Source: Nitrosospira multiformis ATCC 25196
GTDB lineage: Bacteria; Pseudomonadota; Gammaproteobacteria; Burkholderiales; Nitrosomonadaceae
Direction of reading: 5' to 3'
Assembly (NCBI RefSeq): GCF_000196355.1
Contig: NC_007614.1
Span: 360,001 to 392,000 of the forward strand
DNA length: 32,000 bases
This document shows, one piece after another, positions 1 to 7,954 of the stretch; position 1 is the stretch's first letter; each line of letters starts with the position of its first letter. The notes below the pieces were generated by a model that ran no database searches, was not told where the DNA came from, and saw only the letters and a list, made by a program, of their open reading frames with translations. Both the position numbers and the translations under genes were made by a program.

Positions 1-1253
1 TCCAGGACAATGATCGCCGGTTCAAGCAAATCCTCGAAAAAATTCGACAGCTAAGGAGTGGAAACAAGGGGGATAGTCTACTCGACGAGCTCCAGTCCCT
101 GCACCAACAACTGGAGGAGGCCCAGCAACAAGCCGTCCGGCTCTCGTTCGAGCAAAAACGCGAGGAAGCGCTCGCCTTCGTGACGAACACATTCCGCCCC
201 CTCAGCCTTGTATTTATAGATAAGGCCAAGCATTTCTATGAGCAACAATCTGCAATTCTGGAAAGTAGAAAAATTGAAGCCTCGGATAAAGTAAGCTCCT
301 ATACCGCTGTATTGGTGGCTGTTTCTTTATTTACTGTTTTGGTTGGACTAACAATCGGCATTCGCCTGAGTCGCATGATTACCGGGCGGCTCCGGGAGAG
401 CATCGCCCAACTTGCGTCGTCTTCAGCAGAGATTCTTTCCACCACGTCCCAGGTAGCCGCTGGCGCAGCCGAGACTGCAGCCGCAGTAAGCGAGACAACC
501 GCCACCGTGGAAGAGGTCAAGCAAACCGCATTGACTACGAGCCAGAAAGCCAAATATGTGTCAGACAGCGCCCAGAAAGCTTCCAATATCTCCGAGGCTG
601 GACGCAAATCGGTGGGGGAGGCTATTAGTGGAATGAATCGGATTCAGGAGCAGATGGAATCCATAGCTGAGAGCATTATGCAGCTCTCCAAGCAGGGGCA
701 TGCCATCGGCGAGATCATTGCCACAGTCAACGATCTGGCTGAGCAATCCAATTTATTGGCCGTGAATGCCGCTATTGAGGCGACGCGGGCTGGGGAGCAA
801 GGTAAGAGTTTTGGCGTAGTTGCTCGAGAGATAAGAAGTCTGGCGGATCAATCCAAACAAGCCACTGCCCAAGTGCGAACCATTCTGGGGGATATTCAGA
901 AAGCGACTAATGCTGCGGTACTCGCCACTGAGCAGGGCAATAAAGCGGTAGAGGCGGGGGTCAGGCAATCCACCGAAACGGATGAAGCAATCCGCCTGCT
1001 GTCCACCAGCATCAGTGAGGCAGCGCAAGCAGCTACCCAAATCGCGGCATCAAGCAAGCAACAAATGGTCGGCATGGACCAGGTGGTGATGGCCATGACT
1101 AATATCCAGCAGGCGAGCGAACAGAACGTGGCAGGTACCAAGCAGGCAGAATCAGCGGCACAAGGCTTGTATGAGATGGGGAATAAATTGAGTGTCCTCG
1201 TAGGCAGCAAGAAAGACCGTTTCGTAGAGGAAGCGGGAAAAGTCCATGCCTGA
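1..1253 (+). CDS. Methyl-accepting chemotaxis protein, 5'-truncated by the window edge
   Basis: The frame of the 180..1253 ORF stays open back to nt 3 (QDNDRRFKQILEKIRQLRSG...), so the GTG at 180 is internal. A helical sensor segment is followed by a TM helix (YTAVLVAVSLFTVLVGLTIGI, about nt 297-362). The MCP hairpin-tip signature is present: EQSNLLAVNAAIEATRAGEQGKSFGVVAREIRSLADQS (about nt 741-854). EE/QQ pairs offer possible methylation sites. The stop overlaps the cheA start (ATGCCTGA, 1246-1253). Confidence 0.92.
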   Translation, partial: QDNDRRFKQILEKIRQLRSGNKGDSLLDELQSLHQQLEEAQQQAVRLSFEQKREEALAFVTNTFRPLSLVFIDKAKHFYEQQSAILESRKIEASDKVSSYTAVLVAVSLFTVLVGLTIGIRLSRMITGRLRESIAQLASSSAEILSTTSQVAAGAAETAAAVSETTATVEEVKQTALTTSQKAKYVSDSAQKASNISEAGRKSVGEAISGMNRIQEQMESIAESIMQLSKQGHAIGEIIATVNDLAEQSNLLAVNAAIEATRAGEQGKSFGVVAREIRSLADQSKQATAQVRTILGDIQKATNAAVLATEQGNKAVEAGVRQSTETDEAIRLLSTSISEAAQAATQIAASSKQQMVGMDQVVMAMTNIQQASEQNVAGTKQAESAAQGLYEMGNKLSVLVGSKKDRFVEEAGKVHA

Positions 1254-3600
1254 CAAAAGGGATGTGCTTTTGGAAAGGCTCCTTGCAATGTTTCGCATCG
1301 AGGCAGAGGCCCACCTGAAGGATATATCGTCGGGACTGCTCGCCCTGGAGGGAAAACCTGTAGATACCCCGGCGTTCGATATCATTGAGAACATGTTGCG
1401 GTGCGCACACAGTCTCAAAGGCGCAGCACGAGCAGTCAATTTTGCCCAAGTCGAGGAGACCTGCCGTTCTCTGGAAAATGTATTCTCCGCACTGAAAGAT
1501 AAAAGCCTTGCTGTATCGTCATCGCTCATCGATCAGCTGCTTAAGGCGGTCGATGCCCTGGGGACACTCGTTTCAGGAGAGGGCAGCATGGCTGAGCGGC
1601 AAAAGCTGTTGTCGGCTACAGTAACCCGACAGCTCAATGAAATGTTGAAAAGTCCCACCAAAGAAGGACGTACGGGCTCCTCCTTATCGCAGGCCGCGTC
1701 CCCTTTATCTTTGCTTCCCCCTGATGAATCATCCGCAACCCGTGCCGATGTAGGGGCATATTTGCGAACCTCTATTCCGAGCCATGCATCTGCCACAATC
1801 AGAGTGCCTACCGTAAAACTCGAAAAGGTTTTGCGTCAGGTTGAGGAATTTTTGCTGCCGTGCCTGACAGCGCGACAACGGGCCAAGGAGCTAGGCGAAA
1901 TCACTACGACACTTGCCGTATGGAAGAAACAGCGTCTGCAAATCCAGTCGGTGGTGCGCATTATTGATCGCGAGATGACATCCAGCCTCAAGGATCGCTC
2001 CTTCCGGGAACAACACGGGCTTCCGAAGCTGCTCAAATACCTGGATGGGGAGCCGCTTCAAATGAAAGCGCTTGAGGAGCGGCTAGTGAGATTGCAGCGG
2101 ACCATCGAGCAAGACCAACGCGTACTTGCCGGCATGACCGATTGCCTGATTCAGGATGTCAAAGAAATGCAATTACTGCCTTTCTCGACACTGTTGGATA
2201 TTCTGCCCCGATTCTCCCGCGAGCTGGCCCGCGAACAGGGCAAGAGCCTGGAGCTGGTGGTGAGTGGCGGCGAGGTGGAAATTGATCGGCATATTTTGGA
2301 AGAGATGAAAGATCCTCTGATCCATCTGGTGCGTAATTGCATCGACCACGGTATTGAGCAGCCCGCCGCACGGTTGGCTAAAGGTAAGCCTTCGTCGGGA
2401 AGAATCACCTTCGCATGCTCGCAGAGCGATAGCGGCAAGGCTGAGATACGTGTAGCCGATGATGGGGGTGGAATCAATGTCGGTAAATTGAAAGCTGCGG
2501 CCCACAAGCTTGGCGTAATGTCCGAGGAAGAGATGGAGCGACTGGGTGAGTCGGAATTGCTTGCGCTTATTTTTAGATCTGGCGTGACCACCAGCCCCCT
2601 CATTACCGATATCTCCGGACGCGGGCTGGGACTCGCGATTGTACGTGAAAAGGTTGAAGCTTTAGGCGGCAGCATCAAGGTCAAATCAAGTACTGATACT
2701 GGAACTGCTTTCCATATCTTACTGCCGTTAACGCTAACAAATACCCGGGGAGTTCTGGTTCATGCCGCAGGACAGCTTTTTGTTATTCCTTCAAGCAGCG
2801 TTGAGCGCGTAGTCCGAATCGCCAAAAACGAAATTGAGACAGTGAAAAATCGAGAAACCATTCTGGTAGATGAACAACCTGTTTCTCTGGTGAAGTTGGG
2901 CGATATACTGGAACTGGCTGGCAATTCGGCAGAAATGGAACCCGCGCACTATTTGCGAGGGATCGTTCTCAGTTCAGGTCTTGGTCGTGTTGCATTTCTC
3001 GTGGAAGAGGTTCTCGGGGAGCAAGAGGTTGTGATAAAAGCACTCCTCCCGCCATTGAAGCGAGTAAGAAACGTCGCAGGTGTATGCATGCTGGGGACCG
3101 GGCGAGTGGTCCCGGTGCTTAACGTACCTGATCTTTTGAAATCCGCTGTGAAAGCATCCTCGGCTCCATGCATCCCTACCCAGGACTCATCGGCTGAGAA
3201 GCAGGGAACATCAAGCAAGCACTCTATTTTAGTAGTGGACGATTCCATTACTGCGCGGACACTGCTCAAACATATCCTGGAATCGGCAGGGTATCGTGTG
3301 ACTACAGCTGTGGATGGAGTGGAGGGCTATACCGCCCTTAAAACAGGCACCCACAGCCTGGTAGTCTCTGATGTCGAAATGCCGCGAATGGACGGCTTTG
3401 CCCTGACAGCCAAGATACGCGCTGACAAGCAGTTGGCGACGCTGCCGGTGGTATTGGTAACGGCATTGGATTCACGTGATCACCGGGAGCGAGGCATCGA
3501 TGTGGGAGCGAATGCATATATCGTGAAGAGTCGCTTTGACCAAGGCAACCTGCTGGAAGCGATCCGACGCCTGATCAGCATCAGCAGCATTAATCCGTGA
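1246..3600 (+). CDS. cheA: CheA-type histidine kinase fused to a C-terminal receiver (CheA-REC hybrid, WspE-like architecture)
   Basis: Hpt motif CAHSLKGAA (His55). Dimerisation start TIRVPTVKLEKV. HATPase boxes HLVRNCIDHGIE, DDGGGI and GRGLGL. CheW-like domain GVLVHAAGQLFVIPSSSVERVVRI. REC domain ILVVDDS...VVSDVEMPRMDG...AYIVKS (Asp709). There is no P2 domain; only a Ser/Pro-rich linker. Confidence 0.93.
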   Translation: MPDKRDVLLERLLAMFRIEAEAHLKDISSGLLALEGKPVDTPAFDIIENMLRCAHSLKGAARAVNFAQVEETCRSLENVFSALKDKSLAVSSSLIDQLLKAVDALGTLVSGEGSMAERQKLLSATVTRQLNEMLKSPTKEGRTGSSLSQAASPLSLLPPDESSATRADVGAYLRTSIPSHASATIRVPTVKLEKVLRQVEEFLLPCLTARQRAKELGEITTTLAVWKKQRLQIQSVVRIIDREMTSSLKDRSFREQHGLPKLLKYLDGEPLQMKALEERLVRLQRTIEQDQRVLAGMTDCLIQDVKEMQLLPFSTLLDILPRFSRELAREQGKSLELVVSGGEVEIDRHILEEMKDPLIHLVRNCIDHGIEQPAARLAKGKPSSGRITFACSQSDSGKAEIRVADDGGGINVGKLKAAAHKLGVMSEEEMERLGESELLALIFRSGVTTSPLITDISGRGLGLAIVREKVEALGGSIKVKSSTDTGTAFHILLPLTLTNTRGVLVHAAGQLFVIPSSSVERVVRIAKNEIETVKNRETILVDEQPVSLVKLGDILELAGNSAEMEPAHYLRGIVLSSGLGRVAFLVEEVLGEQEVVIKALLPPLKRVRNVAGVCMLGTGRVVPVLNVPDLLKSAVKASSAPCIPTQDSSAEKQGTSSKHSILVVDDSITARTLLKHILESAGYRVTTAVDGVEGYTALKTGTHSLVVSDVEMPRMDGFALTAKIRADKQLATLPVVLVTALDSRDHRERGIDVGANAYIVKSRFDQGNLLEAIRRLISISSINP

Positions 3601-3610
3601 GTTTCCTCCC

Positions 3611-4678
3611 ATGATAAACGTCCTGGTAGTGGAAGATTCACCGGTAGTGCGAGAGTTTCTTATTTACATACTCAATTCCGATCCTGATATCACTGTTATT
3701 GCGACCGCCGGCGACGGAGAAGAAGCAATCGATGCCTTGCGCAACCATCGGCCTGATGTAATCACAATGGATATTCACATGCCGAAGCTGAATGGAGTGG
3801 AGGCCACACAGCTGATCATGGAGACACAGCCGACTCCCATTGTCATCGTGAGCGGCAGCACGGATCCGGCAGAGGTTGGGACTACATTTGATGCGATCGA
3901 TGCAGGGGCATTGGCAGTGCTCCCGCGCCCGGCAGGCATCGGCCATCCGGATCACGAGGCGACCGCTCGGAAGATGATAGAGGTCGTAAAACTGATGTCG
4001 GAAGTAAAGGTAGTCCGTCGCTGGGCGCGCATGCGAGGGGCTTCTCCGGCCTCACATTCTGTACGCGCGCCCCTGCTTAACCGTGTGGCGCCAGCAAGAA
4101 TTGTCGTTGTGGGTGCTTCAACGGGTGGCCCGCCTGCACTCGAGGCGATTCTTTCATCACTCCCAAAGCATTTTCCTGTGCCCATTCTAATCGTTCAGCA
4201 TATGACTACGGGATTCATGGAAGGATTTGTCCAATGGCTGAAGAACTCGTCCAATCTTCCCGTTCATATTGCAAGGCAGGGTGAGTTGCCCCTGCCAGGG
4301 CATGTTTATATGGCACCCGATGAATACCAGATGAAGGTGGAGAATCGAGGGGAGATCGTTTTGACCAAGGACGAGCCAGAGCATGGTTCAAGACCCTCAA
4401 TTTCATATCTTTTCAGGGCGGTTGCCAGAGTCTACGGTCACGATGCCGTTGCTGGCCTATTGACGGGGATGGGCCGTGATGGTGCCGACGAGTTACGCCT
4501 TCTGAAGGAGAAAGGCGCGATTACCTTCGCACAAGACAAGGAAAGTTCGGTCGTCCACGGTATGGCGGGCGAGGCGATCAGGTTAGGTGCGGCGACCATG
4601 GTCTTGCCTCTGGAAAAGATTGCCGCAGCGCTAACGAATCTGGTGGCCGAACGAGGAGAAACTAAGCTTGGCGCATGA
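3611..4678 (+). CDS. cheB: Chemotaxis response regulator protein-glutamate methylesterase CheB (REC + methylesterase)
   Basis: REC domain with VVEDS...ITMDIHMPKLNG (Asp54). Catalytic triad contexts are intact: GASTGGP, IVQHM and GMGRDGA. The ATG lies 10 nt after the cheA stop. Confidence 0.93.
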   Translation: MINVLVVEDSPVVREFLIYILNSDPDITVIATAGDGEEAIDALRNHRPDVITMDIHMPKLNGVEATQLIMETQPTPIVIVSGSTDPAEVGTTFDAIDAGALAVLPRPAGIGHPDHEATARKMIEVVKLMSEVKVVRRWARMRGASPASHSVRAPLLNRVAPARIVVVGASTGGPPALEAILSSLPKHFPVPILIVQHMTTGFMEGFVQWLKNSSNLPVHIARQGELPLPGHVYMAPDEYQMKVENRGEIVLTKDEPEHGSRPSISYLFRAVARVYGHDAVAGLLTGMGRDGADELRLLKEKGAITFAQDKESSVVHGMAGEAIRLGAATMVLPLEKIAAALTNLVAERGETKLGA

Positions 4679-7610
4679 TATTTCAATCCACGATGCCCGG
4701 AAAGTCGAGATTCTCATCGCAGAGGACAGTCCCACACAAGCGGAAAAACTGAAGTATCTGCTGGAGGAAAACGGCTACCAAGTTACCACCGCAGGCGATG
4801 GCAAGCAGGCCCTCTCGAGGGCGCGGCAGCGCAACCCGACATTGATTATCAGTGATGTGATGATGCCGGAGATGAATGGGTTTGCGTTATGCAGTGAAAT
4901 CAAGCGGGACGCACAACTCAAGAAGATTCCAGTGATCCTGCTTACCTCGCTGGCGGATGTCAAGGATATCATCCAGGGATTGGAATCGGGGGCCGATAAT
5001 TTTATCCGCAAGCCATACGACGACAAATATCTTCTTGATCGTATCGAGTATCTACTGATGAGCCATGAGCTGCGCAAGAGTCAGAAGATGCAAATGGGAA
5101 TGCAGATTTATCTGGGCGGGCAAAAACATTTCATCACCAGCGAGCGGCAGCAGATCGTGGATCTATTGATTTCAGTTTATGAGGATGCGGTCCATCTCAA
5201 CGCTGAACTGAATAGGCGACAACGTGAGCTGACGCACTCGAATCGCTTGCTCAATGGGCTGTATCGAATGGCGGAAGGCTTGAACCAGGCAGCAACCGAG
5301 CGCGAGGTCAGCGAAAAAGCGCTGGAGTACGCCATGATGTTCCCGGGAGTCCAGGCGGGGTGGCTTTATTTATGGAATACCGACGGCCTGAGTTTGGCAG
5401 GCTCACGAAATGTACCTGCATCAGTAAGTGCGGATGGCTGGGACACATCATGCAATTGCCTGCGCCTTTTGCTCGCCGGGGAGCTCGGCAATACTCCTAA
5501 AATTTTAAACTGCGAGCGCCTCTTCTCAAGCGGAGGCAATGGTTCTTGCCACCATGTCACCATTCCGATGTGGAGTGGCAGCAAGAACCAGGGCGTGATG
5601 AATCTCCTGGGCTTGGAACAGGATCAGTTCAGGGAGAATGAGTTGGATACATTCTATGGGATTGGGCAGCAGGTAAGCGTAGCGCTGGAGCGTGCCCGAT
5701 TGCATGAACATATGGAAAAATTGGTGGGGGAGCGTACTGCGGCGTTAACAGCGGAGATTGCTCAGCGCAAGGAATATGAAGCGAGAGTAGTGCGGCTCAA
5801 TCGTTTGTATAGCGTGTTAAGTGGTATCAATACAGCCATTGTGCGTGTCCGTGAAATACAGGAGCTTTTCAATGAGGCATGCCGTATTGCAGTCGTTCAC
5901 GGCGGATTCGCTTTCGCTTGGATCGGAATGCTGCGGGGAAGTACAAGAGTAACTACACCAGTGGCCAAGATGGGGCAAGGAAATGATGAGCTGCTCCAAC
6001 TCAACCTATCGCTGATGAGTGCGCCGAAAGGCGCTCCGCTGATAGAGGATTTAATCACGCATCTCAAGCCGTTCATTTGCAATGATCTCGTTGCCGATAA
6101 GCGCATGGAGGGTTTGCATGATGCACCGCTGGCTCACGATTATCTTTCCATGGCGATCTTGCCCCTGGTTCTCGATGGGCAACTCGTCGGCACTCTGACT
6201 CTCTATACTCCCGAGACAGGGTTTTTCGACGAGGAGGAAATTGCTTTGCTGGTAGAAATGGCGGGCGATATTTCGTTTGCAATGGATCACCTGAAAAAAG
6301 AGGAGCGCATCAATTATCTGGCTTTCTTCGACGCTGTAACCGAGCTCCCGAACCGGGCGTTATTTCTAGACCGGGTTAATCAGCGGATCAAGATGGTTTC
6401 TTCCGGTCACGAGATGCTTTCCGTAATTGTTCTGGACATCGAACGGTTCAGCAGCATTAATGAATCGTTCGGTCATGGAGCGGGGGACAGTCTACTCCGC
6501 CAACTTGCAAAGCGGCTGAAGCAGCTGCTTTCAGAAGCAGACATTCTGGCTCATCTTTCCGCCGATTATTTTGCTATCGCCAGAAAACATGAAGAGGAAA
6601 GCATCGACATCGTCCATATGCTGGAGAAGCTTCTGTTCGAGGTTCAGAACGAGCCCTTTTTAATTAATGGACAGGAACTGTGGGTTTCCGCCAGGGCGGG
6701 CGCTTCGTTCTTCCCTAGCGATGGCCTGGATACTGATACGCTCTTGAGAAATGCCGGGACAGCGCTAAAGAAGGCCAAGCATTCTTCCGACAAGCATCTG
6801 TTTTATGCTCCCGAATTTCATGCACGGGTTAAAGAAAAACTGAGACTCGAGATCAAGCTGCGTCAGGCGTTGGAGCAGGAACAATTGATGCTGTACTACC
6901 AACCCAAAGTTGATTTGAAGAGTGGACAAATAAGCGGACTCGAGGCGTTGATGCGCTGGCACGATCCGGAAAGCGCTACGGTACTTTCACCGCTTCACTT
7001 CATTCCCTTGCTGGAAGAGACGGGAATGATTCTTGATGCAGGCCGGTGGGCGCTGAGCAAAGCGATATCGGATGCAAATAAATGGAAAGCCATGAGTTTG
7101 AATCCACCGAGAATTGCCATCAATGTTTCTCCCGTTCAGTTACGGCAGAAGGATTTTGTCGATATGGTGGCGAATGTGGTCAGCGACGCGGGAGATCTGG
7201 CCGCATTCCAGTTCGAGATTACGGAAAGTGTAATCATGCACGATATCAAAGCCAATATCGAGAAGCTCAATCTCATCCAGGAAATGGGTATAGAGCTTGC
7301 GATAGATGATTTCGGTACTGGTTATTCTTCGCTCAGTTATATCGCCAAACTGCCCGTCAATGTCCTGAAAATTGATCGCGCTTTCATCAGTGATATGAAT
7401 ATCAATCCAGACAATCTCAGCATTGTTTCCGGAATCATATCCCTGGCACATTCGCTGCATTTGCGTGTTGTTGCCGAGGGAGTGGAAACGGCTGAGCAAG
7501 CGGAGCTTTTGCGAAGCCTCGAATGTGAGGAGATGCAGGGCTATCTCTTTAGTCCCGCCGTCACAGCGACCAAGATAATAGAGTTTCTACACCAGAAGAA
7601 ATCTCTTTAA
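4668..7610 (+). CDS. Response regulator REC-(coiled coil)-GAF-GAF-GGDEF(degenerate)-EAL; predicted c-di-GMP phosphodiesterase
   Basis: A TTG start overlaps the cheB stop by 11 nt. REC domain: ILIAEDS...IISDVMMPEMNG...FIRKP (Asp63). Two GAF-like segments span about aa 195-345 and 385-540. GGDEF fold: ELPNR...LDIERFSSINESFGHGAGD. The signature position reads SADYF (nt 6558-6572) instead of GGDEF. EAL motifs are intact: YYQPKV, EALMRW (EAL at nt 6942-6950), INVS, FEITES, DDFGTGYSSLSY, KIDRAF, AEGVET and QGYLFS. Confidence 0.9.
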   Translation: MAHDISIHDARKVEILIAEDSPTQAEKLKYLLEENGYQVTTAGDGKQALSRARQRNPTLIISDVMMPEMNGFALCSEIKRDAQLKKIPVILLTSLADVKDIIQGLESGADNFIRKPYDDKYLLDRIEYLLMSHELRKSQKMQMGMQIYLGGQKHFITSERQQIVDLLISVYEDAVHLNAELNRRQRELTHSNRLLNGLYRMAEGLNQAATEREVSEKALEYAMMFPGVQAGWLYLWNTDGLSLAGSRNVPASVSADGWDTSCNCLRLLLAGELGNTPKILNCERLFSSGGNGSCHHVTIPMWSGSKNQGVMNLLGLEQDQFRENELDTFYGIGQQVSVALERARLHEHMEKLVGERTAALTAEIAQRKEYEARVVRLNRLYSVLSGINTAIVRVREIQELFNEACRIAVVHGGFAFAWIGMLRGSTRVTTPVAKMGQGNDELLQLNLSLMSAPKGAPLIEDLITHLKPFICNDLVADKRMEGLHDAPLAHDYLSMAILPLVLDGQLVGTLTLYTPETGFFDEEEIALLVEMAGDISFAMDHLKKEERINYLAFFDAVTELPNRALFLDRVNQRIKMVSSGHEMLSVIVLDIERFSSINESFGHGAGDSLLRQLAKRLKQLLSEADILAHLSADYFAIARKHEEESIDIVHMLEKLLFEVQNEPFLINGQELWVSARAGASFFPSDGLDTDTLLRNAGTALKKAKHSSDKHLFYAPEFHARVKEKLRLEIKLRQALEQEQLMLYYQPKVDLKSGQISGLEALMRWHDPESATVLSPLHFIPLLEETGMILDAGRWALSKAISDANKWKAMSLNPPRIAINVSPVQLRQKDFVDMVANVVSDAGDLAAFQFEITESVIMHDIKANIEKLNLIQEMGIELAIDDFGTGYSSLSYIAKLPVNVLKIDRAFISDMNINPDNLSIVSGIISLAHSLHLRVVAEGVETAEQAELLRSLECEEMQGYLFSPAVTATKIIEFLHQKKSL

Positions 7611-7748
7611 ATGGATGATGGCTGGGACCTTTGCATTTGCACCTGCTCCAGCCCTTGAGCAGCAGTAGGAGATGGAGTTGTTTTCACCTGGAATAATCCC
7701 CGCATAACCTTGATGAGAGCCAGGATGCCTTCCTCATCATCCAGATTT

Positions 7749-7940
7749 ATGCAAAAGCTGGAGAGAAACGAATTTGTTCTCTACTATCAGTCGCAGATGG
7801 ATGGCGCGGGATTATAGGAGCCGAAGCACTTGTGCGCTGGCAACATCCTCGGCGCGACCTTTTGCTTCCCGCCGAGTTCATTCCCCAGGCCCGAGGAAAC
7901 TGGAAAGATTCTTCCTTTAGGGGATTATGACGTCCAATGA
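7749..7940 (+). pseudogene. EAL-domain gene remnant (frameshifted, truncated at both ends)
   Basis: Three frames read in succession give FMQKLERNEFVLYYQSQMDGAG / IIGAEALVRWQHPRRDLLLPAEFIPQA / EETGKILPLGDY. This matches the N-terminal EAL core pattern (eF.l.YQP...G.EAL.RW.HP...l.P..FIp.AEetG.I..lg). It needs two frameshifts and has an in-frame TAG. Only about 60 of roughly 250 domain residues are present, in a 344-nt gap between intact genes. Confidence 0.75.
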
Positions 7941-7954
7941 TTTTTGCAACCTGA

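Noticed and set aside
7700-7765. A frame-2 reading ...LIIQIYAKAGEKR that resembles the AD.A.Y.AK..G.n tail of a GGDEF domain, suggesting a GGDEF-EAL remnant.
   Set aside because: The same nucleotides encode the EAL-leading FMQKLERNEFVLYYQ in another frame. The spacing to YYQ (about 8 aa) is far shorter than the roughly 40 aa seen in real GGDEF-EAL proteins. I treat it as coincidence, so only the EAL part is claimed.
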